From Turneriella sp. (GTDB taxonomy: Bacteria; Spirochaetota; Leptospiria; Turneriellales; Turneriellaceae), in the NCBI GenBank assembly GCA_965279515.1, contig CBDIID010000003.1, positions 576,001-640,000 on the forward strand: a stretch of DNA of 64,000 bases. Direction: 5' to 3'. Shown here one piece after another: positions 10,026 to 19,768 of the stretch (its first letter is position 1; the number at the start of each line of letters is the position of its first letter). The translations under genes were made by a program, and so were the position numbers. Below the pieces are notes generated by a model. That model worked only from the letters and a program-made list of their open reading frames with translations. It was not told the origin of the DNA and did not search any database.

Positions 10026-10999
10026 AAAACGACATCAAGGCGGCGATTGAAGACACCTTCCGCGCGGCGGAATCATCGCTGGCGCAGAATCTCGCCACAC
10101 CGGCATTTTTGCCACAGGTCGCCCGTGCGGCGGAAATTCTCGCCGAATCGAAAAACCGCATACTGACCTGCGGTATGGGCAAGTCGGGTCTCATCGCGCG
10201 CAAAGTCGCAGCCACGCTGACTTCGACAGGTTCACCGGCCGTATTCCTGCATCCCGCCGATGCCCTGCATGGCGACATCGGCAACCTGCAGTCCAAAGAA
10301 GTCGTACTGGCTTTTTCCAATTCCGGCGAAACCCGCGAGATCATTGAAATCCTGCCGCACATAAAACGCCTGCAAGGCAAACTCATCGCCGTGACGCAGA
10401 AGGCGGACAGTACACTCGCCCGCGACGCCGACGCCGCTATTATCTACTCCATCACGCGCGAGGGATGCCCCCTGGAACTTGCGCCGATGGCTTCGACCAC
10501 GATATCGCTCGCCATCGGCGACGCGATCGCCACGGCACTCATTAAGCTGAAGAAATTCCGCCGCGAAGATTTCGGCAAGTACCACCCCTCAGGAACGCTG
10601 GGGCGCAAGCTTTTGACGCGGGTCAAGGATGTCATGCAGCCCGCGGCCGGAATTTTGCTGACACGTGAGACGCCGTTTGAGAAAATTCTTCCGAGAATGA
10701 TTTCGGCGAACCTGGGTTCCATGATTATTGTCGGCAGCAAGGGGCATGTACGGGGAATTTTGACCGATGGTGATATCAAACGCCTGCTCGAACAATTCAC
10801 CGAGAATCCCCAAAAACTGTTCTCTGCGAAGGCCGGCGAAATTATGACCCCCGATCCGGTTTCGATTCGCGAGGGAGCGCTTGTGGACGAAGCCTTTGCG
10901 CTCATGCAGGAGAAACACACTTATAATTTACCCGTTGTAAATACGGCAAAAAAGCCCGTCGGCATCGTGCGTATGCATGACCTGATGATTACCGGTTGA
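10022..10999 (+). CDS. kdsD: Arabinose-5-phosphate isomerase (KpsF/GutQ family, SIS + CBS domains)
   Basis: GMGKSG, HPADALHGD, SNSGET, HPSGTLG, CBS pair. Confidence 0.92.
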   Translation: MKNDIKAAIEDTFRAAESSLAQNLATPAFLPQVARAAEILAESKNRILTCGMGKSGLIARKVAATLTSTGSPAVFLHPADALHGDIGNLQSKEVVLAFSNSGETREIIEILPHIKRLQGKLIAVTQKADSTLARDADAAIIYSITREGCPLELAPMASTTISLAIGDAIATALIKLKKFRREDFGKYHPSGTLGRKLLTRVKDVMQPAAGILLTRETPFEKILPRMISANLGSMIIVGSKGHVRGILTDGDIKRLLEQFTENPQKLFSAKAGEIMTPDPVSIREGALVDEAFALMQEKHTYNLPVVNTAKKPVGIVRMHDLMITG

Positions 11000-11006
11000 G
11001 GAATAT

Positions 11007-11810
11007 ATGTCGACTATCGCCAAAGACAAAGTAACCAAAGCTGTTGAAAAGTTGCAAAAAGACCGTATCGTTATTTTTCGCATCAATGCGCTCACGCGCA
11101 TCGGGCGCGAAGAGCTGATGAACATTTTTGCGCGCCTTTTTGAAGAATTTCAGCTCAACCCCGCGCTGCTCTTTAACCTGTATTCGGCGGTCGTGGAAGT
11201 TATCTTCAATGCCATCAAGGCAAATGCCAAGCACATCATCTTCAAATCTGAAGTCAAAATGAAGCTGATGAAGCAGAAGTTCGAAGACATTGAGACGCTG
11301 CTACAGATCATTTTCCACGAAGAAGTCCTGCGCGATTTTATGACCCGCCATATTATCCCTGAAAAACTCAAAAAGCGCGTCAATACCGTGCTGCAACTCG
11401 AAGAGAAAAGGCGCACAGGCAGGGGATTATCCGACCGCGACCTGGAGCTTTTACGGGAATTTAAGCAGCTTCTCGAAGAAGAAGAGGTCATGATTCACTT
11501 TACCATCGCCATGACCGATGAACGCATTACATTCAATGTAGTGAATGATATTCCGATTCTCAGCAAAGACATGGCCCGCATCGATCAAAGCCGGCAAACG
11601 CATAAAAAGCTCTACGACGAAGGCCGCTCGACAGATTATTTCGGCCCTGACTATATCGACCTCACCGAATCCGCGGGATTTGGCATCGCCATGGCAGATG
11701 AGATCTATTATGAGATGGGTCTCGATCCGCTCAGCCATTTCTCCATTTCGGCATCCGACGGTTCGACGAGGGCGGTAATGTATTTTCCCCGCCACAAATT
11801 TTCGTTCTGA
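11007..11810 (+). CDS. Hypothetical protein with GHKL/HATPase-like boxes
   Basis: EVIFNAIKAN (N-box-like) and ESAGFGIAM (G2-like). Confidence 0.6.
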   Translation: MSTIAKDKVTKAVEKLQKDRIVIFRINALTRIGREELMNIFARLFEEFQLNPALLFNLYSAVVEVIFNAIKANAKHIIFKSEVKMKLMKQKFEDIETLLQIIFHEEVLRDFMTRHIIPEKLKKRVNTVLQLEEKRRTGRGLSDRDLELLREFKQLLEEEEVMIHFTIAMTDERITFNVVNDIPILSKDMARIDQSRQTHKKLYDEGRSTDYFGPDYIDLTESAGFGIAMADEIYYEMGLDPLSHFSISASDGSTRAVMYFPRHKFSF

Positions 11811-11906
11811 CCTGAACACGTTTTAAGCTGGTCAGGCCTGCCCTACCCGCAATAATGGATATAAAGACCTTTATTTAATTTTATTATCCCTGCCAGAGGA
11901 GTTACC

Positions 11907-13961
11907 ATGTCCCACTATAAACACCTGCTCGAACCGGCGAACATCCGGCATATGCGACTCAAAAACCGAATGGTTAAACCGGCGCAGTGGCTCGTCTATG
12001 CGGAGAGCGACGGCTCCGTCGGTACACGCACGCTGGCTTTTTATGACAGCATCGCCCGGGGCGGCGTTGGACTAGTCACCGTCGAAGAGAGTATCTGCGA
12101 TTATCCCGGCGGCGCGAGCGCAATGCCGCACCTGCGCCTCGACGAAGACCGTTTTATTCCGGGGCTTAAAGAACTTGCCGAAACCATTCACAGGCACGAT
12201 GCGCGGGCCATTGTCCAGATTACGCATGCCGGCCCTGCGCATAACCCGCAGGCCGGCGGTGACGCTGTGGCGCCGTCCCGCCTTGAACCACCCGCCGAGC
12301 CCCCTTTTGCCGTCGCCCACGAGCTGACGGTTTCTGAAATCGCGACGCTTGTGGAGAAATTCGCGCAGGCCGCACTGCGGGTGAAAAAGGCCGGCTTCGA
12401 CGGCGTTGAATTGCATATGGCGCATTATGCGCTGATTAACTCCTTTTTATCCCGCGTTCAGAATAAACGCAGCGATGCCTATGGCTGTGAGAATCTGGAA
12501 ACACGGTCGCGTTTCTCGCGCGAAATTCTGCTGCGCACACGCGAGCTGTGCGGTGCAGATTTTATCATCGGCATCCGCATGAGCAACAAGGAATGGGGAC
12601 ATCCACTCGGCACCACGGTCGAAGAGGCAGCCGAATTTGCGAAAATTTTTGAAAAAAACGGGGCGGATTACCTGCAAGTCAGTACGTACGGGTATGGCGC
12701 CTTCGCGCTGTGCGCCCTGCCCGAGCTCGTGGTTTACCCTGAACCCGCACCGGAAGCCAAAGCTTTTGCGGAGCGCATTCCGGACGGAGCCTTGGTTCCC
12801 GAAACGCACATCATCAAACAAGCTGTAAAAATTCCCGTATCGGCCGTCGGGTATCTTGACCCTGAAGCGGCGGACAAAGTTTTAAAAGAGGGCAAGGCAG
12901 ACCTGATCTGCTTTGGCCGCCGCCTCATGGCAGATCCCGAAATGCCGCTGAAACTCGCGGCGGGGCGTGAGGAGGAAATCCGCCCCTGCCTGCGCTGCAA
13001 TGTCTGTCTGTCAGATATTCTGCTCGCGCAGCCGGCCCGCTGCCGCATCAACCCGTTTATGGGCAATGAGGCCAGGCTGCAGATAAAACCCGCGGCGAAG
13101 GTTAAGACAGTCATGGTCGTAGGCGCCGGCCCGGCCGGCATGGAAGCGGCACGTGTCGCCGCGGAGCGCGGTCACCACGTGATGCTCTATGACCGCTCGC
13201 CTGATCTCGGTGGACTCATACCGATGGCATCTTTCATCAAGGGAGCGGGTGTTGCTGACAACCTCATGCGCATGCTGCCGTGGTACCGTCACGAACTCAA
13301 ACGTCTGGGGGTAGAGCTGCACCTCGGAGTCGATGTCGATGCTGAACTCGTGAATCTCATCGAACCTGACGCTCTGATTCTCGCACTCGGCGGCAAACCC
13401 GTATTGCCTGAAATTCCGGGTATCGCTGGCGACAACGTGATCACCACGGAAAATCTCAAGAAGTCGGCGCAGCCGTATCTGCACCTGTTGGGCTCAAAAA
13501 TGGTCGCGGCACTGAGCAAAATCTATCTGCCCGTCAAAGACAGCGTTGCCATTATCGGCGCCGATCTCGCCGGACTCGAAGCGGCCGAATTTCTCGTCAA
13601 GCGCGGGCGTAAAGTGACGCTGATCGAAACCGCGCCACAGCCCGGGGCGGGCATGCCGCTGGTTTGGCTCGTACGACTCATGCCATGGCTCGCGGCAAAG
13701 GGTGTTGCAATCCATGCCGGCGTTCAGATAGAGCGCATTACAGAGGCAGGTGTGGAGATCCGCAACGCGGAGGGTCAACCGGTTACCGTCACGGCTGAAT
13801 CCGTGATGGTCATGCCACGCTATGAACGTAACGCGGCGCTCGATACAAAATTCGGCAACCTGAAATTAAAGCCGGTAGTGATTGGCGATGCGAAAGGCGG
13901 AGATCCGCGCTATATCCAGGGCGCGGTGTTCGACGGCGCAGAAGCGGGCGCGGCGATTTGA
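11907..13961 (+). CDS. NADH:flavin oxidoreductase (OYE barrel + FeS + FAD; FadH/BaiCD-like)
   Basis: AGFDGVELHMAH, RPCLRCNVC..C, VGAGPAGMEAA. Confidence 0.92.
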   Translation: MSHYKHLLEPANIRHMRLKNRMVKPAQWLVYAESDGSVGTRTLAFYDSIARGGVGLVTVEESICDYPGGASAMPHLRLDEDRFIPGLKELAETIHRHDARAIVQITHAGPAHNPQAGGDAVAPSRLEPPAEPPFAVAHELTVSEIATLVEKFAQAALRVKKAGFDGVELHMAHYALINSFLSRVQNKRSDAYGCENLETRSRFSREILLRTRELCGADFIIGIRMSNKEWGHPLGTTVEEAAEFAKIFEKNGADYLQVSTYGYGAFALCALPELVVYPEPAPEAKAFAERIPDGALVPETHIIKQAVKIPVSAVGYLDPEAADKVLKEGKADLICFGRRLMADPEMPLKLAAGREEEIRPCLRCNVCLSDILLAQPARCRINPFMGNEARLQIKPAAKVKTVMVVGAGPAGMEAARVAAERGHHVMLYDRSPDLGGLIPMASFIKGAGVADNLMRMLPWYRHELKRLGVELHLGVDVDAELVNLIEPDALILALGGKPVLPEIPGIAGDNVITTENLKKSAQPYLHLLGSKMVAALSKIYLPVKDSVAIIGADLAGLEAAEFLVKRGRKVTLIETAPQPGAGMPLVWLVRLMPWLAAKGVAIHAGVQIERITEAGVEIRNAEGQPVTVTAESVMVMPRYERNAALDTKFGNLKLKPVVIGDAKGGDPRYIQGAVFDGAEAGAAI

Positions 13962-13967
13962 GCCGCG

Positions 13968-15356
13968 TTATGCAACTGAGGACAATAGTTTTTCAGCCGC
14001 CTCAATCTGTCGCGCGACGGCATCCGGGTTGGTCGAACCTTCCCCCTGGCGGCGCGCCACAGAGGCGAGCGGTGAGAAAAAATCCGCCGGGAACTCCAGG
14101 GGAAATCCCGCTACTTTTTTCCAGTCGTCACCCGTGAGCGTCTCGAGGCGCTTTTGGTTGTCTTCGGCAAACTTTACTGCCCCGCCGGCGACCGCATGCG
14201 CGTCGCGGAACGGCACCTGCTTTTCGCGCACGAGGTAATCTGCCACATCGGTTGCAAGAGCGAAGCCGCGCGAAAGATTTTCGATCGTGCGGTTTTCGTG
14301 AAAACGAATGTGATTCAATATTTCAGTCATGCCGAGAATACCCTGCCGCGCCTGCACAACTGAATCGAAGAGATAGACTTTGTCTTCCTGCAGGTCGCGG
14401 TTGTAGGTCAACGGCAGGCCCTTGAGGTTAGTAATGAGCGCCTGCAGGTTGCCATTCACCCTACCCGCCTTGCCGCGTAAGAGCTCGGCGATGTCGGGAT
14501 TTTTCTTCTGCGGCATGATCGACGAGCCCGTCGTCACGGCATCGCCGAGCGTCACATAACCAAACTCGGTCGAATTATAGATAATAATGTCTTCGCAGAA
14601 ACGCGAGATGTGCAGGTAGAGCCGTGTCACCCAAAAGTGATAGTTGAGCTGGTAATCGCGGTTGGCGACGCCGTCCATGCTGTTCGCATACGGAGCGTCG
14701 AAGCCAAGCTCTTTGGCCGTCTGTGCGCGATCGACGGGATAGTTCGCGCCGCCCAAGGCTGCCGAACCGAGCGGAGATAGCCGGGTAGAAGTGTTCACAA
14801 AATCCAGGAATTCGAGGTCGCGCGCGAATTGCCAGAAATAAGCCATCAGATAGTGCGAGAGCAGCACCGGCTGTGCAATCTGCAAGTGCGTATACCCGAT
14901 CCAGATTTTCGTGCGGTTCGCTTTAGCCAATTCCAGGATCTTGCCTAAGAGGTTCTTCAGATCGCTGCGGTGCTCGAGCAAAGCCTCGCGCACGAAGAGG
15001 TGGGTGTCGACCGCGACCTGGTCGTTGCGCGAGCGGCCGGTATGCAGCTTTTTGCCCGTGTCGCCGATGATTTCGGTGAGCCGCGATTCGACATGCATGT
15101 GGATGTCTTCCAGCGCCGGAGAGAATTTCATTTTGCCGGCGGCAATTTCCTCTTCGACCAGCTTGAGGCCGCGTTCGATGTCCTTAAATTCTGCGGCTGT
15201 GAGAACCCCGATTGACGTGAGCATGCGTGCATGCGCGAGCGACGCGCGGATATCGACGCGGAAGAGCGCGTGGTCGTAAGAGATCGACTCGGAGATCTCT
15301 TCGGTTATCTTTGAAGGGGGCGTTTCAAAACGCCCGTGCCACAACTTCTCCGCCAT
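13968..15356 (-). CDS. argH: Argininosuccinate lyase
   Basis: LHTGRSRNDQV, GYTHLQ, GSSIMPQKKNPD. Confidence 0.97.
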   Translation of the reverse strand: MAEKLWHGRFETPPSKITEEISESISYDHALFRVDIRASLAHARMLTSIGVLTAAEFKDIERGLKLVEEEIAAGKMKFSPALEDIHMHVESRLTEIIGDTGKKLHTGRSRNDQVAVDTHLFVREALLEHRSDLKNLLGKILELAKANRTKIWIGYTHLQIAQPVLLSHYLMAYFWQFARDLEFLDFVNTSTRLSPLGSAALGGANYPVDRAQTAKELGFDAPYANSMDGVANRDYQLNYHFWVTRLYLHISRFCEDIIIYNSTEFGYVTLGDAVTTGSSIMPQKKNPDIAELLRGKAGRVNGNLQALITNLKGLPLTYNRDLQEDKVYLFDSVVQARQGILGMTEILNHIRFHENRTIENLSRGFALATDVADYLVREKQVPFRDAHAVAGGAVKFAEDNQKRLETLTGDDWKKVAGFPLEFPADFFSPLASVARRQGEGSTNPDAVARQIEAAEKLLSSVA

Positions 15357-15359
15357 GCG

Positions 15360-17123
15360 TCAAAGCGCAAGCTTTGCCAGATCACGATCACGCAAATACT
15401 GCGGATAGAGTTCGTAGAGCGGCTCCAAGAGCGGCAGCAAGCGCATTGCACGCGGCAGGTTCCCTTTCGGAATCACCTCTTTGCGCGCGAGTGCCTGCAT
15501 CAAATTCACCTGGCCGTGCCAGAAATAATGCGCCACATCCGCAGGCAGGGAAAACTCGACTTCAGGCGTGAAAGCCCGCGCCGCATCGCCCGTGAGAACC
15601 TGCTTCGACTTATCGTCGGTTGAGCCGTCGAGTGCAATCGCCCCATCGGGCGCCGCATAGTTGAAACGGATCTTCAGTCCCGAGTTTTTCAGGGGAGCGA
15701 AAAGTTTGGGATCAGCCTGCACTTTAAGGAAGTATGTACCGAGTACGTCGTAGAGCCCCGCTTCATCCTTGAAAATCGCCTTGAGTTTCTTGGTTGCACC
15801 CGTTGTGCGCGCAGCCTTGAGCTCCGATTTTGAAACCGGAATCGGCTTCAGGTTCTGCGAATACGCCTCTTGGACAATTTCTTTTACCGACAGCGCGGAA
15901 ACCGGCTGGGGATTGTTGAGCATCGCGCCGTCTTCGAGCGCTGTTCTCACAACCTGCTCGAGTTTCGCAAGGCCATCCTTGACGCCCGCGTCGCGCAGGT
16001 TGAGCGCATGGCCGCAGAGCGCATTGAGTTTTTGATTCATGGCGCGCAGTTTACCCGCCAGCGACTGGGCGCGCTGTTTAGTCAACCAGTCGTCGACTAA
16101 GCTCAGCTGCGTGACGGCCTGATTGACGGCAAAGTTGTCAAGCCGCGCCACTGCCTGCCCAAGTTCGCGCACCGGATAAAATCCACTATCGCCGAAAATC
16201 TGCGCGATGCGCGCATAACGCGCCGCAGAGCTTTCCATGTTGTGCTCCACGCTGAACGGCAGGATAATCGAATTCGCGAGACCATGCGGAATGTGATACA
16301 CTCCACCCAGCGCATGGCTGATACCGTGGACAATGCCCACGCCACCGTGGTTGAAAGCGACGGCCGCGAGAAATGACGCAGTCAGCATCGCACCGCGGGC
16401 GTTGAGGTCATTGGGGACGGCAACTGCCTGCAGAAGATTCTGCACAATCAGTTCAATCGCATAGAGCGCGAGGGCATCGGAAACCGGGTTTGGGTTCTGG
16501 CCCGCATAACACTCGATGGCGTGCGTGAGGGCATCCATACCCGTCGCCGCCGTAACCTTGCCCGGCATCGTCGCCGTCATCTCAGGATCGAGAATCGCAA
16601 TATCAGGAAGGAAATGATCTTCAGCAAACGGCAGTTTCACCGAATTCGCGTCGTCTGAAACCATGGCAAACTGTGTCACTTCAGAACCGGTACCTGAAGT
16701 GGTGGGGATAAATACCGATGGCAGAAGGCGTTCTTTGAGAAGCTGGGCACCCATGTGCTGCTGTAAGGGACCGCCCTTGACCATCAGCAGGTTGATGACT
16801 TTAGCGGAATCCAGCACGCTGCCGCCGCCGATCGCGATCACCATATCGCATTTGTTCTTAACACCGAGTTCTGCGGCTTCGGTCACAACCTTGAGCTCGC
16901 TGTTGGGCGGCACGTTGTCGTAAGTAGCGGCGATGGTGATTTTTGAACCGGCAAGACCGTCCTGCACCTTCTTCGCGAGGCCGGCTGCGACGATCACCTT
17001 GTCGGTGACGAGCAAGGCGCGTGACCCGTTGAAGTTGGCGAGTTCTTCGCCAAGGCGTGAGGCGAGGCCGATGCCATACCGCACATTAGTCGGCAGGGAA
17101 AACTGGTAATAATCAGGTAACAT
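15360..17123 (-). CDS. Iron-containing alcohol dehydrogenase with C-terminal SCP2-like domain
   Basis: GGGSVLD, PTTSGTGSE, DALTHAIE, HGISH, HGLAN; C-terminal FWHGQVNLMQALARKEVIPKG SCP2-like signature. Confidence 0.88.
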   Translation of the reverse strand: MLPDYYQFSLPTNVRYGIGLASRLGEELANFNGSRALLVTDKVIVAAGLAKKVQDGLAGSKITIAATYDNVPPNSELKVVTEAAELGVKNKCDMVIAIGGGSVLDSAKVINLLMVKGGPLQQHMGAQLLKERLLPSVFIPTTSGTGSEVTQFAMVSDDANSVKLPFAEDHFLPDIAILDPEMTATMPGKVTAATGMDALTHAIECYAGQNPNPVSDALALYAIELIVQNLLQAVAVPNDLNARGAMLTASFLAAVAFNHGGVGIVHGISHALGGVYHIPHGLANSIILPFSVEHNMESSAARYARIAQIFGDSGFYPVRELGQAVARLDNFAVNQAVTQLSLVDDWLTKQRAQSLAGKLRAMNQKLNALCGHALNLRDAGVKDGLAKLEQVVRTALEDGAMLNNPQPVSALSVKEIVQEAYSQNLKPIPVSKSELKAARTTGATKKLKAIFKDEAGLYDVLGTYFLKVQADPKLFAPLKNSGLKIRFNYAAPDGAIALDGSTDDKSKQVLTGDAARAFTPEVEFSLPADVAHYFWHGQVNLMQALARKEVIPKGNLPRAMRLLPLLEPLYELYPQYLRDRDLAKLAL

Positions 17124-17164
17124 GCGTTATAATTCAGGTTTGAGAGAGGCCGACAACAAAAAGG

Positions 17165-17178
17165 TGAACATATGCTCA
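17165..17178. promoter_or_regulatory. Palindromic candidate operator TGAACATATGCTCA
   Basis: 12/14 self-complementary, in the short divergent gap between the ADH gene and the kinase gene. Confidence 0.35.
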
Positions 17179-17194
17179 ATATACGGTTTACCAT

Positions 17195-19141
17195 GTGAAA
17201 ATCAGAAACGGTTTGCCACTGCTGCGTAACCTCATCGCCAATTTTTTCCTGTCGGGTTCAACAGAGCTCTCGACAGAAAACCGCCGCCGGATCATACTGA
17301 TCAACGGTATCCTGCTGCTGGGTTTTTTCGCCCTCGCCTCGGCAGCGCTCAGCGCAGGTTTTGCCCGCAACATTCCCCTCGCGCTGATGGACGGGGTCTT
17401 TGTATTCATCGACCTTGGCCTGCTGGTCTGGCTTCGGCTAAGCCATGGGGTGCGCATCGTGGGTATCGCACTGACCCTGCTGATTTTGCTGCTTTTTATC
17501 TTTTTGCTCGTGACCGGCGGAGACAAAAATACCGGTCCGTTATGGCTCTATCTTTTCCCGCTGTTCAGCTTCTTTCTGGTCGGCGGCCGTTCGGCAATTT
17601 CGTTGAACGTATTTCTGCTGATCACAACTGGCATTGTACTCTTTGTGCCTGGCGCAGCACGGACCGTCTATGAAGCTGCCTTTAAAGGGCGCTTTCTGGG
17701 ATCGCTCGCCGTACTGACGGGCATCACCTATATCTTCGAATACAGCCGCAAGGACGCGGAAGATAAGATGCTGGCAGCCCAGAAAGAGACCGACGACATC
17801 TTCCGCGCGATCCGTGAAGGTCTGTTTTTGCTGAACCGCCGCGGCGAGAAATTCTACCTGGGTTCACGATTTTCCACTGTTGTCGGTCAAATGCTCGCCA
17901 CGCAGGAACCGGCAGATACGGAGTTCATCCCCCTGCTCAAAGCACACCACGCCGATCTCGATGAAGACGGTCTCGCGAAATACCTTGCGTTGCTTTATAA
18001 TGAAAGCCTCGACGAGGCGATGCTGGCCGAACTCAACCCGCTGAAACTGGTCGAGGGGGATAACATTCTTTCCTTCACCTTTTACCGCGTGGTGAACCTG
18101 GCAACGCAAAAAATTGAAAGCGTCATGTGCACGATCGAAGACAAGAGCGAAGAAGTGAAACTGCAGCGCTCGCTCGCGGCGCGCGAAGAATCGGACTCAC
18201 AGCAAACGGCACTGCTGTTGCAGATTCTGCATACCAACCCCAAACTGCTCTCTGACTTTCTTGAAACCGCGGGGGCCTATGAACGGGAAATCAACGACTT
18301 ATTGAGCAATGCGGCCACCGTCGACGCCGGTCTGCTCGATACGGCATTCCGCAAGGTGCACACGATCAAAGGTGACGCGCGGGCACTGGGGCTCGACGCC
18401 GTCGGCAACCGTGCACATAGCGTCGAAGAAAAGATCGTCGCGCTCCAAAAGCAGGATATTGTCAGCGGGGGCGATCTTCTTCCGCTTGTCGTCGACCTCG
18501 GGGGACTCAGGCAGATTTTCGCCACACTGCGCGAGCTGACAGCACTGATCCGCGCGCACCGCGGAGAGGCAGCAACCTCGGAGACACCGCTCAAGGATAC
18601 GCTCTACAACCTGGTGCGGCAGCTCAAACTCAACGGCACCAAAGAGGTGCAGCTCGACACGGCGCTGTTCGACGAAAACCGCCTGCCGGTACGTACCGTG
18701 CGGCTGATGCAGGAAGTACTGATCCAAATGATCCGTAACAGCTTTGTGCACGGTATTGAAGAGGTCACGGAGCGCCTGCGCGCCGGCAAAAAGGCAACGG
18801 GCATTATTTCGCTGAAGCTCAGGGAAGCCGGTGGCGTCGTTGCGCTCCACTACAGCGATGACGGCAAGGGTCTCGATCCGGCGAGGCTCAAGGCGCGGGC
18901 GGTGGAAACCGGTATCGCATCGGCCGATGAAATCGCCCAATGGGATCTCAAACATATCTATTCACTGATCTTTCGCCGGGGACTTTCGACTGCCGAAAGC
19001 GTCGGCGCAGACGCCGGCCGCGGCATAGGCATGGATATTATTCAGGAAAATGTTCGCCAACTGAAGGGCCGAATTAAATTGAGAAATAAACCCGGCAAAG
19101 GCGTCGAATTTGTCTTCGAATTTGCTGCGGACGCAAGATAG
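17195..19141 (+). CDS. Membrane-bound CheA-like histidine kinase (TM + Hpt + HATPase, no CheW domain)
   Basis: About 6 TM helices, FRKVHTIKG Hpt, RNSFVHGIE N-box, DDGKG, GRGIGMD. Confidence 0.85.
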   Translation: MKIRNGLPLLRNLIANFFLSGSTELSTENRRRIILINGILLLGFFALASAALSAGFARNIPLALMDGVFVFIDLGLLVWLRLSHGVRIVGIALTLLILLLFIFLLVTGGDKNTGPLWLYLFPLFSFFLVGGRSAISLNVFLLITTGIVLFVPGAARTVYEAAFKGRFLGSLAVLTGITYIFEYSRKDAEDKMLAAQKETDDIFRAIREGLFLLNRRGEKFYLGSRFSTVVGQMLATQEPADTEFIPLLKAHHADLDEDGLAKYLALLYNESLDEAMLAELNPLKLVEGDNILSFTFYRVVNLATQKIESVMCTIEDKSEEVKLQRSLAAREESDSQQTALLLQILHTNPKLLSDFLETAGAYEREINDLLSNAATVDAGLLDTAFRKVHTIKGDARALGLDAVGNRAHSVEEKIVALQKQDIVSGGDLLPLVVDLGGLRQIFATLRELTALIRAHRGEAATSETPLKDTLYNLVRQLKLNGTKEVQLDTALFDENRLPVRTVRLMQEVLIQMIRNSFVHGIEEVTERLRAGKKATGIISLKLREAGGVVALHYSDDGKGLDPARLKARAVETGIASADEIAQWDLKHIYSLIFRRGLSTAESVGADAGRGIGMDIIQENVRQLKGRIKLRNKPGKGVEFVFEFAADAR

Positions 19142-19149
19142 GATAAAAA

Positions 19150-19506
19150 ATGAAACTACTGATCGTCGACGATTCCACGCTAATCCGCAGCGCGATTGAG
19201 ACCTTTGTGAAGGACATGCCCTTCGAAATCGTCGGTCAGGCGGCTAACGGCCTGGAGGCGGTTGAACTTTTTAAGCAGCACAACCCCGAATACGTGACGA
19301 TGGATATCACGATGCCTGAAATGGACGGCCTGCGGGCCATGAAAGAGATGCTGAAGATCAACCCCAATGCCCGCATTCTGATCGCCTCGGCGATTTCAAG
19401 CCAGAGCGTGATCGTCGAAGCACTCTCTGCCGGCGCAAAACATTACCTGAACAAGCCTTTTAATGCCGAAAAATTGAAAGCGGCGATGCAGAAAATACTC
19501 GCCTGA
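19150..19506 (+). CDS. Single-domain response regulator (CheY-like)
   Basis: LIVDDS, MDITMPEMDG, KPF. Confidence 0.92.
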   Translation: MKLLIVDDSTLIRSAIETFVKDMPFEIVGQAANGLEAVELFKQHNPEYVTMDITMPEMDGLRAMKEMLKINPNARILIASAISSQSVIVEALSAGAKHYLNKPFNAEKLKAAMQKILA

Positions 19507-19570
19507 GCTTGACCGGGCCGCGCCTGTGCGGTAAGCGGTTCACCCGAAACATTCGGTTTAAGGAGAAGCT

Positions 19571-19768
19571 ATGAAACAATTAGGTATTTCGCTCGCGCTA
19601 TTCGGCATCGGGTCGTTCATTCTGAACTTCATGCACTATGAATTCCGCCTGCTGATGTGGATCGACCACTGGGGTCGCGGTGCGGGCATCGCGATTCGCG
19701 TCGGTCTTATCGTCTTAGGCGCTGCACTGTTCTTTTTCGGCATGAAGCGCGAAAAAGAGGCGGGCTAA
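19571..19768 (+). CDS. Small 2-TM membrane protein
   Basis: AAGGAG RBS, two hydrophobic helices, LLMWID.WG motif. Confidence 0.75.
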   Translation: MKQLGISLALFGIGSFILNFMHYEFRLLMWIDHWGRGAGIAIRVGLIVLGAALFFFGMKREKEAG

